Shown here: positions 25,355 through 39,709 of the stretch, piece after piece | How positions within the stretch are numbered: the stretch's first letter is position 1 | How the letters are laid out: the number at the start of each line of letters is the position of its first letter | Assembly (NCBI RefSeq): GCF_001194135.2 | Contig: NC_068985.1 | Span: 90,875,478-90,939,477 of the forward strand | DNA: 64,000 nucleotides | Direction of reading: 5' to 3' | Source of the DNA: Octopus bimaculoides | Taxonomy: Eukaryota | Notes under the pieces: generated by a model | Database searches by the model: none | What the model was told of the DNA's origin: nothing | What the model saw: only the letters and a program-made list of their open reading frames with translations | Made by a program: the position numbers and the translations under genes

Positions 25355-26510
25355 AAAATTCGTTATCATAATATTGTAATGATATATATTTTATTTTGAA
25401 TATACGCTTATGGCAAACCTAATATTGTGTGTTTTAGATCACATATAATTTTCTATCATTTTACTGAGAACATTATAAAAGACTGCGATATATTTAAAAT
25501 AAATTTACTTTATCACAAGTTAATTTAAATTTAAGTTTCCCTTCACAATTATATATTTATAAACGTGAGAGCAATGCTATTATTCCAGCAATTGTGCAGC
25601 TTGTATATTAACGATGACCTTACAAATAAACATATAAATGCTTGAAAATATTTATTGTCCTGTAAAATTTATGGATGGAAATGGAAAACAGTAGACAATA
25701 ATATTTACATCTGTAGTGTCGAAACAATAAATTTAAATACGGAAAACACATAAAATAACAAATATATTGACTAAATTAGAAACATAAATCTTTAAAAATG
25801 AAATACAATTTCATAATCAATGAATTGATAAAGAAAATATATAAAAAAATGAAATACGATTTTGGAAAACAACAAAGTTAATTTACATTACAGAAATAAT
25901 TTTGCTTATTACATATTAAATCATGACTGAAATATAATTAGAAGTATCTTATGTAAATTATCAACACACCTCTTTTTCCACACCTTCATTATGAGTACAG
26001 AGTTTCGCGCGCTAGAACGCTTTTATATAAAATCATGTATATGTACATACGCGTATATAGAACTATATACATCTATTAGTACACGCTTATGTACATGTCT
26101 GCATGAATATATATATATGGATATATATATATATATATATANNNNNNNNNNNNNNNNNNNNNNNNNNNNNNNNNNNNNNNNNNNNNNNNNNNNNNNNNNN
26201 NNNNNNNNNNNNNNNNNNNNNNNNNNNNNNNNNNNNNNNNNNNNNNNNNNNNNNNNNNNNNNNNNNNNNNNNNNNNNNNNNNNNNNNNNNNNNNNNNNNN
26301 NNNNTTTGAAGATAAGCAACACAAATTCAATAGGTTATAGCAGTACGTACGTTTCGTACAAGCTCCATTTATTCATGTAGTGAGAACACCACATAGAATT
26401 TACAATGAAACTGTACTCCTCAGCTGCCTAATGGAATTTCATTTTAGAAAGTCATTTTCAAGATGTTTGCAAAAAACAAGAGTAAGAGAAGAAAACATAC
26501 CATCTCGACT

Positions 26511-26550
26511 ATGCTGCTGTTTAACAGACTAGACTGTTAAACAGCAGCAT
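26511..26550. repeat. Perfect 17-bp inverted repeat, 6-nt loop
   Basis: ATGCTGCTGTTTAACAG-ACTAGA-CTGTTAAACAGCAGCAT. Confidence 0.95.
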
Positions 26551-28869
26551 GGGAACATCGAAGTAATCTTGAAGCTGGAGTCTATCTCTCTTCTCTAATG
26601 GAACTTGTTGAAGTGGTATATTATTTGATACAACCTGTATTTGTATAGCTCTTTCTTTACTCGGATATGAATGACATTTTCACAAGCTTGTGCACCCCCC
26701 CACACACACATTAACACACACACACACACTCACGTACATACACACACATGCGTAAATACTTACATACATGCTTCAATGTTATCAATTCACTGAAGTAACA
26801 AAGACAGGAGCACTTTTATTGACATATCTCAAAGTATATTGGCTAAGTTTATTTTATTTGCGACGTGAACTATAGGGAAATTATTTCCCTTCAAAATTGC
26901 TATTAATTGGCATACAATACATTGACAAGACACACGCTAAATTTCTATAGTTTTAACTATGCGGAGATGTTCTATTTCGTATTAGTTCTCCATTATTGCA
27001 GAAAGTTATATTATTGCACCTCACTTTCGAATAATAGAAACTCACATTTATCGTTTTAGTTGCTTACGGGCATAAAGCATTTTTTTTAAAAATGTGCATG
27101 CAATTTAATTGTTCAGTGAAAATTAATCAAGGCTTCCCTTACAAAGAAATTAAACATAATTAATGTTGCAGTGAGTGTCAATGCTGCCTTCTTATGTTTT
27201 CTGCCGGGTGCTGCTACGCACAAGTCACTCAATATATATCGACAGCTTTCAGTGGTGTACATATAAAATACAAAATTCTGCAAAAACACAAATTGTATAA
27301 CAAAACATATCAATTGTGACAAAAAGAATAATAATTGTGTTTACACGATATTTTCCTAAACTCAGAAGTGAAAAATGAACAAATTATATGACGTAGAAAT
27401 ATGATATGCATGCGTACCGATGCGCACACACACACACACACACACACTCACACACACACACATACACACACACACACAAACACACACACACATGCACACA
27501 CATNNNNNNNNNNNNNNNNNNNNNNNNNNNNNNNNNNNNNNNNNNNNNNNNNNNNNNNNNNNNNNNNNNNNNNNNNNNNNNNNNNNNNNNNNNNNNNNNN
27601 NNNNNNNNNNNNNNNNNNNNNNNNNNNNNNNNNNNNNNNNNNNNNNNNNNNNNNNNNNNNNNNNNNNNNNNNNNNNNNNNNNNNNNNNNNNNNNNNNNNN
27701 NNNNNNNNNNNNNNNNNNNNNNNNNNNNNNNNNNNNNNNNNNNNNNNNNNNNNNNNNNNNNNNNNNNNNNNNNNNNNNNNNNNNNNNNNNNNNNNNNNNN
27801 NNNTAGATGGATATTTGTATATACATGCATAAATATATACACCTATATACCTATTGGTGTGTATCAGTTTATATGTATCGCCATGTATTGTCTATGTATA
27901 TATGTATATATATATTACACATACATGTACATATGTATGCACATATCTGTATGTAGGCATATGTGTGCATGCCTAACCCCCCCCCCCAATGCCATGCATT
28001 TACATACTCACATATATACACATGCATACACAAATACAGACGCACATATACGTACGTATGTATATGCATGACATAATCCCACTGCGCGGTTTCCCAGCAT
28101 TTCAAAATAATAAAGAGTGATCTATAAAAAAATGAGAATCTAATAGGCAAGTAAAAGTTAATTAATTAGGATAGTGATAATGCTAAATTAATTTGAAATT
28201 ATTCACCATTATTTATTTTAACAAAAGACTTCATTTACCAAATACATAATGGAAGTTAAATAGATTCATGTACAACAGTATTATCAATATTTACATGAGC
28301 TTTTCACCCCAATGAAGTGTTGTATTCTCGTTTAATTACAGCAACAATGTACAATTTACAACGCATTGATTTGATTTTCTCTACCAACGTAATAAATACT
28401 CTCAAAATCATGAATTCTAAATCTATTATCTCTGATAGGATGTAATTAATACCACTCAGCTTTCATAAAGATCCATGTACTATTATACTTCAACAGGAAT
28501 CCTTCCTAATGTTTGTAGTTGTTATGCAGTTGACGAAATATTTACTCTTCGCTTGAGTTCTAATATGAGCCTATTTCGTTAATCACAATGATGCATCATA
28601 ACATTATTACCTATTTTTTTTCTTTGTTTCGATAATCCTTCGAGGGAGATTCTTGCTCTTTTCTGTGTTATCATCAGATGAATTAGAATGCTGTACTGCT
28701 AAAAAGTCTAGTGTTATTCCTTAAATATTGTATCGCATCATCCATTTTTCGACTACGTATAGCTTGCATTTCTTTGAGTCATTAACATATGCCATGGATG
28801 ATTCTGAAATTTTGCACTTGATTGTATAAGGCGTGGAGCTCATCTTCAAACCCCATGCATGTCTAGCGT

Positions 28870-29220
28870 GGAGGCGCAATGGCCCAGTGGTTAGGGCAGC
28901 GGACTCGCGGTTTCGATTCCCAGACCGAACGCTGTGAGTGTTTATTGAGCGAAAACACATAAATATCCACGAGGCTCTGGCAGGGCATGGTGGTGAACAC
29001 TGCTGTACTCTTTCACCACAACTTTCTCTCACTCTTTCTTCCTGTTTCTGTTGTACCTGTATTTCAAAAGGGCCAACTTTGTCACACTCTCTGCCACGCT
29101 GAATCTCCCCGAGAACTAGGTTAAGGGTGCTCGGCTACTTGCACGTTAATTTCACGAGCAGGCCGTTCCGTTGATCGGATCAACTGGAACACTCGTCGTT
29201 GTAACCGACGGAGTGCGAAC
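28870..29220 (+). mobile_element. SINE family A, near full length
   Basis: GGAGGCGCAATGGCCCAGTGGTTAGGGCAGCGGACTCGCGGTTTCGATTCCC ... GTAACCGACGGAGTGCG. Confidence 0.9.
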
Positions 29221-31442
29221 AAGAAAGATGTGTCTAACCAACTCATTAACATTACTTTTGCCATGAAAGATGATAGGTGGCTAGTATATCGACGTTTGAA
29301 GCAACCTTCACAAAACTCAATGAAATACTTCATTTTGGTTTGGTTATCAACATCTAACAATTTCGATGACAGAGAAATCTTCTCAAAATCTTCCCTATAT
29401 TACCGGGTCAAACAAAAAGCTATTCAGTGTTTCTATTGAAAAACTGTGTCTATAAAAAAACTTGAGAACCGGCAACTTCGAAGAACGAGATACATTCTGT
29501 ATGTCGGAATTTCAAAGTACATCACCGGACACTGACATCTGGTTTACGTCTGCTTCCCATCGAATTATTTTAACATTTGTTGTTATCTCGCTTGTGGTCT
29601 CCGTTTTTGTCTTCTTCTTTACAAACATCTCTCGTTTAAACGTTATTTACTCAAAGGACAACTGACGAACAGAATAAATGGTTATTACGAGCAAGAAACT
29701 TTGAGAAGCTGTAATTACAAGATTTCTGGTTCCTTTTACGATTATCTTAACTCTCTTAGCAAATCATGTGTTTTCTACTTGTAGAATCAAATATATATTT
29801 GTGTGGGTGCGTGTGTGTGTGTGTGTGTGGGGGTGTGTGTGTGTGTGTGTATCTATATATATGTTGAGAGAGAGAAAGACAGAGAGAGGGTGATTTATTT
29901 TCATATGCAGTTATACAAAAAAATTATATTAAATTGAAGAATTATCAATACATTTTAGCAGACGATTTTCAATTGAATTTTGCATGGAGAGGTTGACTTT
30001 CATTTCGAAGTTTCAGCTTCCTAACCTTCGTCGGAATGTTTACAGACACGCTATCTCTCTCTTTCTCTTTCTCTCTGTGCCACTCACACACATTCACACA
30101 TACACACTCACCACACACGCATACACACATTTAGACACGCACATATATACTATATATGCGTGTATGTAAATATTATCTCACTTAGCATTTACATCGAAAA
30201 TATGCTTACTGATCAGTGAAAGGAAATAAAGGTCATGACTCATGAAACTTGTTTAAGAAAACTTTCGACATATCTGAACGCAATGAAAATCATTCCCACT
30301 ATATTTCGAGGAAAAAAAATGAGTATTTTATTCAAATTTACATGAAAACTTAGTGTGTAACACAAAAAATATGTTGTTTGTTGTCGATAAAATTTAGTTT
30401 CATAAATTTCATCTGCAAGAAATGTTTTCGATTAATGTTTCATATCAAAACATAAATTGCTTTATTTTTTGTTTATAAGTTTAATGAATGTTAATATTAT
30501 TCAAATGTAATGAAGGAAATGTAATAACTGGGGAAAACCAAGGACAGCAATATTATTAAATCAACCCTTGGGTGGTATACTGAACATCATTCATATATTA
30601 AAAAAAAACATGGTAATTCATTAAATGAGCTATTTTAGTTTGAAGAAAATATATCTTAGTGATAATTGTTAGCGACTATCACAGTGGAGATTTGATATTT
30701 TCAAGAATAGAAGAGTTGTCGTTAAAAGGTAATATAAGTGCGAAGGGAAGAAAATATTTAACCAATGTCTTCAGAAATAAAACATCCATGCGACGTTTCT
30801 GATTTTTTAAGTATCAAAATCATACTATATCATAATCAAACTTGCTTATCGGGTGATTAATTTAACATGCAGGGAATAAGAACGTTTTTCATAAGCAAAA
30901 ATATACAATGAAATATGATGAACAATTTGAATAATTTATTATATGTTAGGTGTCCTGAATTCCCAACGAACGCAAACTAAACAAACACCATTTTGCATTA
31001 AGAAAATGTAAAGCACGATATTTAGACATATGAATTGTTTATGTAGTTTTATTTTTGTCAAGTTATTTTCATTTTAAGAATAAGTTCCTTACCAAATAGA
31101 TTTCCTGATTAATAGCAAGATCCTAATATTTAATCTAAGATGTTATGATATAATCTGTACCCTCAATGTTGAACAGAATAATAGATGTGGGTGTGTGTAT
31201 GTGCTTGCGTGTGTGTGTGTGTGTGTGTGTATGTGTGTGTGTGTGTGTGTGTATGTGCGTGTGTGTGTGTGTGTGTATTCATTTATTATAATGTAACCGT
31301 TATTCATGAGTAACGGAAATCGTAGTGGTTCAGGATTGCATTACGTGCATCATTCTTCACCAAAAAATATTTAGCAGCAGTGATGAAATTGTTAACAATT
31401 CCTCCGCCCTTGCTGAGTGCCTTTTGTCTGTTAGTGATATTG

Positions 31443-31677
31443 AGTAATACCTCGCCATATCGCGATTCATCTATCACTCATTCAGTACATCGCGGTTCAC
31501 CTATCGCACACCCAATACATCGTGGAATTTTCCAGCTAATGTATGTAAATATATATCACTCATCCTTCGGATTTCCGGGTTTCTGCGGCCGATAGGTATT
31601 TATGTGTTTTTAGATTTTAATTATATCTGTGGGAGGTTTCGGGACGTAACACCCGCGATAGTCGAGAGATTATTGTA
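31443..31677. mobile_element. pogo/Tigger-like MITE
   Basis: Imperfect TIRs AGTAATACCTCGCCATATCGCG ... CGCGATAGTCGAGAGATTATTG-TA, with internal repeats of ATCGCG(G/A)TTCA.CTATC. The CAGTAATCCCTCG-type end and TA terminus fit pogo/Tigger elements. Confidence 0.65.
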
Positions 31678-32080
31678 CCTCTGTTCTGTTTAAATGTATT
31701 CGTCTATACTGGATGCTTTCTGAAAATTGAATGCAGTTTTCTGTCTTTCTTACACAGAATGCTACTTAAATTTCTGATTTACACACTACCGAGTTGATTA
31801 TCTGAATATGAAATAATAAGCCATTTGCAAATAATAATAAAAACTGAAAAACTTTAAGCAATATGAATTTACATCTTCTGCAAAACAAAACACAGAAACA
31901 TGTAAAAAAAGAATATGATAGTAATATAAAAGAAATATTGCAATACTTCATACAGTAACATTTCATTGTATTGAAAATGACTGTAGCAGGTGTCTAAAGA
32001 TAATTGTACAATTCATTAATAATACTCAGTTTACCTGAAGTGACTGTTTTTTTATGTGAGCATAAATTATATTTTTATTA

Positions 32081-32250
32081 GAGCGGGTGCGTGGTAAGTA
32101 GCTTGCTTACCAACTACATTGTCCCGGGTTCAGTTCCACTGCGTGTCACCATCGGCAAATGTCTTCTGCTATAGCCACGAGCTGATCAATGCCTTGTGAG
32201 TGGATTTGGTAGACGGAAGCTGAACAGAAATCCATCGTATATGGGTGCGT

Positions 32251-32284
<34 letters not shown>

Positions 32285-32492
32285 TCGTGTGACTGTGTTT
32301 GTTCCCCTACTATCGCTTGTCAACCGATGCTGGTGTGTTTATGTCCCCGAAACTTAGCGGGGTCCAGCAAAAGAGACCGATTGAATAAGTACTAGGCTTA
32401 CAAAGAATAAGTCCTGTGGATCGATTTGTTCGATTGAAGGCGGTGCTCCAGCATGTGCGCAGTCAAATGACTGCAACGAATTAAAGAATAAG
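32081..32492 (+). mobile_element. SINE family C, full length with internal (TG)n
   Basis: Head GTGGTAAGTAGCTTGCTTACCAAC..GGGTTCAGTTCCACTGCGTG, core, (TG)n, GTTTGTTCCCC..CCGATGCTGGTGTGTTT, tail AAGGCGGTGCTCCAGCATG..CAGTCAAATGACTG. Confidence 0.9.
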
Positions 32493-32556
32493 AAGTCCGC
32501 ATGAGTGCACACACACTCACAAAAACCTACACGGACACACATTCATGCACGCGCAC

Positions 32557-32598
<42 letters not shown>

Positions 32599-32699
32599 GT
32601 GTATAAATGTGTTTCTGTTTTTTTATGTGTGTAAGTATATGGTTAACGAGCATGGATGTGATGTCCTAGAGAGTCCCAAGACCACCAGAACTGAAGCAA

Positions 32700-32776
32700 C
32701 TCTGTTGAAGTCACAGACATACAGGGTAGGTAACATTACAACCAGTGTGCTAACGATCTTGCCACCTCGCTGCCTT
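32700..32776 (-). mobile_element. SINE family B head fragment
   Basis: Reverse complement AAGGCAGCGAGGTGGCAAGATCGTTAGCACACTGG. Confidence 0.45.
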
Positions 32777-33215
32777 AGACCATACTTATAACAAAGATAG
32801 TTACTTAGGAATCCCTGTTACATTGTCTTTCATTCATTAATAATTACTATTTGTAGTCTCCGAAAGGTTTACCCCCAAACATATACGTATTGATTTCCAA
32901 AAAACGGCTACTTGAATTGCTTAACGATTGTACATGTACCTATATCTGTATTCCTGTGGGCGTACGAATTTCTAATTGAAAAATCATGTTGTCTCTATAC
33001 ACATTCTTTTGCTTTTTAGCCTGAGAGAAATGTTCTCTTAATTATTATGCAAGGGTGGTTTTAATAAAATGAGTATATATATTATGTCTTTACGTATGGT
33101 CGTGCGGTTCAATCATTCGTGTGCATATAAATATGTGTAAATATAGTTCTACGTACACACACAAAAACATATGTATATACACACACACATACACATAGGG
33201 TTGTGCATCTATGTA

Positions 33216-33260
<45 letters not shown>

Positions 33261-36200
33261 GTGCGTGTGTATGTATGTATGTATGTTTACATTTGTGTAT
33301 GATTGTGTGTATGAAAGCATTTACACATATCAGTTTGTTAATATCGTATGTGTGTATGTGGAGGAGTTAATGAGCTATTTTGTTAGATTTATTTAATAGC
33401 TTAACATAACACATGTACATGCTAAGTTGCATCGGACTTTTATTGTAGATGAGTTTATATTGATATCAACAATTAGTAAGTAGGTATGTACGTGCGGGCG
33501 CAGATGTGTCTATGTGTATATGTCGATGTATGCGCGGATGTAATGTGTAAACGGATAAACGAATTACTATATGTGTGTGTATATGCATGTATGCGTGTGC
33601 TAATTTCCTTGCTGTTTCAATGGTAAATACCAACATAAAGGATAGAATGTTCTGATATCACTTGTGGGTCATAAATTCAGACAGTAACAAGAGAGCCTAA
33701 AGTGAATGTAAACGTATCTTGATGTGACGATATGTTAACGACAGGCTGTGGCTGTCTTAAACGAGATTAACTTTGTTGGCATCAAAGAGTTAAAATAATC
33801 AGTTTTAACTGGTTATCTATTTATTCATTTTTATTTATTGTACTAGACATTCATAAATGTTTTGATTATATTTTTAGTCATTTTACTAAAATTCCTGAGA
33901 GGCAATATTAAATTTGCGATTTATGTTGAAACTTTTGTGGTGATTTTTGTTTTTTGTTCTTTGACTGTAAATTACTAAAAGTAGTATAGTTCGAATGTAT
34001 AGATTCAGTGGGGCGTAGGCGTGATCTTACAAATATTTTATGTTATAATTTATATAATACCTCAGCAATGTTTCTGCTGCTGAATCACTATTTCGAATCA
34101 CTATGTGTAACAAAAGGTGTTGCTCAGTTTTCTATTATTCATATTTTTGTATCACCCCTACTTATATCATGGAATTGCGAATGTATAGGTGGTGACATAG
34201 CGAACTAGCTGCATGATAGCATTTGTTAACCGATAGCTGTAGCCGAGCTTTTCAAAACAAATTACAGGTTTTATACCTATAGTCAATTTCAATATTCGCG
34301 CGCACGCGAATATACAGACATACACAGATACACACACTTTCCCTCTCACTCACCCATATGTGTGCAAACATCTCTAGTTATATATACATATGCTTTCTTA
34401 AACACAGTTATACACAACATATAATGTATATACACGGAAAATGTTTTTTTTTTCTTCGTGAGTCGTATGGGTATACTTTTATATGGTAAAACATATATTA
34501 CATTTTCTTATGAAATTATTTTGTGAATATCATCGTAGTTAAGTTACAATAAAATATTACAATATTTACAATTATGCACATCCATACATAATTTTTCTAT
34601 TACAATAAAATATTATATATAATCAATTTGCTACGATCATCCACGCCCATATATCCTTGACCGTCTGGACAAGAAATATACATGGGAAGAAAAAAACATA
34701 TAATATATATCATTGTTGTAATTAGACTTAGTAATTTTGCATAGTAAATTGGTTTAGGTAGAACATACGACCTCCGAAAGAACTTTTTATCAATCTCCGT
34801 CCGACATTATTACCATGTTTGCCGTTTGCAGTCTTGAAAATAATAATATTAACGCGCATGATCAAATGATGTGAATTGATTCAGTGTGCATCACAATTAC
34901 AGAGAATATAGTTTGCTTGTTTCACCGAAAATGTGCTTTGTAATTTCTCAAGTGATTAAAGTGTCTTGCTCATAAACAATATAAGAATAAGACACGAACA
35001 TTGAAAACGTATTCATGGTACAGTTCACTGATTGTCAGCAGGTGATGTCTTCCTAGCGATTTCCAGTTACACTTAGTTATTTCGCCTCGCTTCATTTTAA
35101 ATTGACGAGACAATATACAATATCTCTGCCTATGAAACGTCTCAATTTTAAGATACTTACTTATGTTATCTTGTTAAAACCAATTTCCTTTCAATATTGA
35201 ATTAATTCGCACGTAGGCATAAGTAACCTTTTCTAAGAAATTAAACAGGAAACTATTAATATTACAGCTGTTCTCAAAATTAGAACATGTAACAGAGACG
35301 TAATCTAAAGTAAAGTTTAAAACAATTACTTTCCAATGAAATATATCTTTAAGTCATCCTACTTTTATAGCAGAAATTTGATGTTTCTCTATGAAGTTCA
35401 TGTTTGACTGATTGGAAAGTTATTCATATATATACTGAAAATTGCAACACAGTTTTTAATATACTTTCATATATAATTTAATTTAAAATGCCAAAGGTCA
35501 GCAATAGTGATTTTCGTGACATGCGCAAGATCAATTTACGTTTGTGTCTACTGTTAATTAATTAATGTATTAAAGATTTTATTTATCTCCGTTCTACTTA
35601 CAATTTACACACCAGCACATAAAACAAATTAACGTGTAAGACACGTTCAAATAAGAATATTTGGTATAATATATATTTTACAGTATTGTGATGTATACGA
35701 TAAGTAGCTGCAGGTCAATAAAATACATGCATTATATAACTGATGACGTGAGATATTTTACAAAATAATCTATATTTCTCCACCAGACACTCTAATAGAT
35801 GTCAATAAATCAATACTTTGAAATAACATTTTGTCATCCGTTTCTTCAATGTTTAACTGTATATTGCAATCTGATGAATTGTCATGAATATATACACTAT
35901 TACAATCTGGATTTGAAGTCACATGGGGGTCTAACTATAAAACAACATATTTATATATGAAAGCAAAGACTATGTTACAACCGCAGAAATATTTTTAAAA
36001 ATCCTTCGAAATTTTAGATCTTACGATCAACTTGAAAGATTATAATCGTCATAGAGTATGCAGTGTTTCACAGATTGTGACTATCTTTCTGTTATGACCG
36101 ATTGTGAATGCACACGAACTTGCAAGTAGATTTCTGAAATAAGACAGAACGTTTGTTCAAATCTAACATTCAAAATATCATAAATATGCATCAAATCAAA

Positions 36201-36460
36201 AGTTGTTCTTATAATACTATATATTCAGAGAGGTTGTATATCAATTTGTGTCTCTGTTAAATAAATTTCAATTTAACAGGATATAATTATGAATGAGCTC
36301 TTGGATAGTAGATGATTACAGTTCTAATTTAGCATGAACAATCAAACTCTCGCCGTTACAGATTTAGAAAATATGATTAGTATCTCCGACATTTCGTTAT
36401 TGCCTCTATGTTAGCAAACTTCGCTTTCCTTATATACACTCCCTCCATATACTTCCCAGT

Positions 36461-36837
36461 GGTGGCGCAATGGCCCAGTGGTTAGGGCAGTGGACTCGTG
36501 GCCATAGGATCGCGGTTTCGATTCCCGGACAGGGCGTTGTGAGTTTATTGAGCGAAAAAAACCTTAAGCTCCACGAGGCTCCGGCAGGGTATTGTGGCGA
36601 ACCCTGCTGTACTCTTTCACCACAACTTTCTCTCACTCTTACTTCCTGTTTCTGTTATGCCTGTAATTCGAAGGGTCAGCCTTGTCACACTGTGTCATGC
36701 TGAATATCCCCGAGAACTACGTTAAGTGTACACGTGTCTGTGGAGTGCTCAGCCACTTGCACGTTAATTTCACGAGCAGGCTGTTCCGTTGATCGGATCA
36801 ACTGATACCCTCGACATCTTAAGTGACGGAGTGCCAA
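36461..36837 (+). mobile_element. SINE family A, full length with 15-bp target-site duplication
   Basis: Complete head and tail; flanking CATATACTTCCCAGT (36446-36460) / CATATACCTCCCACT (36838-36852), 13/15 identical. Confidence 0.93.
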
Positions 36838-37570
36838 CATATACCTCCCACTACCATTTGAAAGCTATCCATTGCCAATCATTTATTTTTGGATGGTCCC
36901 ATAATTTCATTATTAGCATTCCTTTGATAACTGAATTAAAGTAATAACGTGTTTATCATAGAGTTTGCTAGTCGCAGCAATAAATAACCGCTTATGAGTG
37001 AAACATAAAAGTCATTAAAGTATTTGGTAATCGATTATGTGTTCTTGTCATGCTGATTCTCAGAAAATTTATGTTTAGATTAACAAATGAAAAGTTATTT
37101 GCATGACAGGTTTCAACGAATGATTGACTTCTCATAAAAATATATGCAGCTTGAAAAAGAATATTGCTAACTATCGTCTCATTCATTTGACAATCGTCAT
37201 ATTGGCTGATGAAGTTTAGAGCTGTAAAAACTAAGGATTCATCTATATAAGACAGAATAATATTTTTTATTTACTTTATAGTGTTTATAGTCTAGTGCTT
37301 TTGTTTCAATGAAATCCACTAAGCATTAGAAAGAGGACTGATTTATGTTTTGCATATGTTGATATTCATTAATTCAGGTAAGCAAAAACTCATTACGCTA
37401 AAAGCAAATGCTCTCATTAATTCTGAAATATAAGTCATGTAGATATACATGTGTACCAAACGTTCAATAATTAATATAACATTGAGATTAGATGTTTCGT
37501 ATATTCAGTAGGAGAACAAACGAATAAAAGCAGTCTTGTAGATCTGAGATGACATTATTATGAAATTTAC

Positions 37571-37607
<37 letters not shown>

Positions 37608-38315
37608 TAAAACCATATTAATTTATTTCTTTCGTATGTGTAGGGGCAGGTTAAATATGAATTAGTGATAGAGTAGGTAGTTATTGCAGATCGAACATTT
37701 CTGAAATGTGAAGTTTTTCTTGAAGCTAAAGATTTTAAAATATGCAAACACACTCGAATACCAATCCAGGATTTCTATTTTGCACAGTAACTGAATAAAC
37801 AGCAGAAATAATCTGGAGTTGAATGACCTCATGTGAGAAAATATATATTCACATTTCGATAATATTTTTACTTCTCTCGTCTTCCGAAATACGTACTCCA
37901 TCGAAAAATATACCTCCTTTAAAAGGGATGTTGCTTTCTTAAATGACTTGGCGTTGAATGGTCCGCATATGAGAATTGATGACTTGTAGAATATCGGTAT
38001 CACCGTCCCTTGAGATTCATGAAAGTAGAAAAAAACATGGCTTTTGAGTAATATGTTGTGAAGAAATAAGGAGAATCTCTTCAAAGGTATAAAAGTATTA
38101 ATATATGTCAGCCGCAGTATCGTGACCTATGCCGTAGAAAATTTAATAAGTGCATCCTTGTTTATCAATCGGAGATCTATATTAACATATATTGACAGAA
38201 AGGGATACATCTTCAGTTAATGATTTATATTTTATAATATATTTTTAAATAACTTTTGAAGTCGTCGACAATTTATTTCGTTTTGCGTTGCATATGTATA
38301 ATGCGAAAATATATT

Positions 38316-38528
38316 CTTTTCTACTCTAGGCACAAGGCTTGAAATTTTGGGTGAGGTGGCCAGTCGATTAGATCGACCCCAGTACGCAACTGGTACTTAA
38401 TTTATCAACCCCAAAACGATTAAAGGCAAAGTCGATCTCGGTGGAAATTGAACACAGAACGCAAGGACATACCAAATACCGCTAAGCATTACGCACGACG
38501 TGCTAACTTTTCTCCAAGCTCGCTACCT
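38316..38528 (-). mobile_element. SINE family B, full length with perfect 17-bp target-site duplication
   Basis: TAATGCGAAAATATATT at 38299-38315 and 38529-38545. Reverse complement: head AAGGTAGCGAGCTTGGAG..GTTAGCACG, centre GATCGACTTTGCCTTTAATCGTTTTGGGGTTGATAAATTAAGTACCAGTTGCG, tail CCTTGTGCCTAGAGTAGAAAAG. Confidence 0.93.
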
Positions 38529-39671
38529 TAATGCGAAAATATATTGACAGACAAAGTCATGCTCTCATAGGTTTGAGTGCAGTAATTATGAAAAGAAAGG
38601 TCGAAAGCTTTTCAATTCCATGAATATTACTTCGAACTGCAAGCTCACATTTGACAAGAAATTTTAGAAATTCTTTGCTTGTCCATGCATTCTTCGTGGC
38701 TATATCAAACAATTGTAAATACAGAATGCATCGTAAAAACAAAAAGAACAATGAACATTTACTCCTGTGTTAGCTATTCGCATGTGAATGAATTGTTATT
38801 GATTCAATATGCTTCAAACAATCGCGTGAAAGACTTCATTAGTAAATATCTGATTCAAAAAGCCCATACCCAATAGTATTATTACAAGACGTGCTGCTCA
38901 AATCTATACACCATATTATTCAATATGAAAGAATCTATGCCAATTAATGCAAAAATTGTTTTTGAATGTTTAGCTATGACTAATTACATAGGCAGATTTA
39001 CATGTATAATAAAACTACTTAAATAACGAAATAATAAGTTATTTACCTTAAATTTCATCTTTAGGTATATGCCGTCTTTATTCATTTTAAGGATAAGCTC
39101 AGATTTTGCCATAAAATCTTTCAAAAATTGCGTGGCGAAATTTTAATGTCTTAAAATCGGATATCAGCGTCGTCTGCCTACACCGCATTCAATTTCCTTG
39201 ATTATAATTAAGATTATGATTATGATATCACTAGAATTGACGTAACTCATTTTTTAATATCATTCGATTATATGACAACATAAATGTGTTCCCAAAAGGT
39301 GACGAATATTTCCAAAATCATCACAGACTAACACAAGTAAACAGAAGTAAACGAAAGAAAAGTGAACAGTTTAGCATTGCAAGACATCTCACTAATTTTC
39401 AGTCAAACTGATGATGTTGCTTCTCTAAAAAAATATTATCGTATTACAGTTTAAATTGCACAAAAAATCGCCCCAAATACTTTTACAGAGAGTTGCAGGA
39501 AGAGGCGAAAATCTGATAATGCTTGAAATGACAAAACAATAGAAAATCATTCAAATGAAAGATTCGTGAAATAATGCTATCACGTAATATTTATAATTAT
39601 ATTTCTTATTGACAGCTGACAATTTGGAAAATGTCTGCGCCCAACAACATCGTTTACAGCATCAAAGATTG

Positions 39672-39709
<38 letters not shown>

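Noticed and set aside
21680-36837. Roughly even ~7.2-7.6 kb spacing of three SINE A copies
   Set aside because: The flanks are unrelated, so this is not a tandem array; with three copies it is coincidence.
37662-38084. 140-aa minus-strand ORF; SQGTVIPIFY vaguely like class-B GPCR TM7
   Set aside because: The similarity is limited to a few residues, and the low-complexity F/K/I/S composition is typical of AT-rich noncoding DNA.
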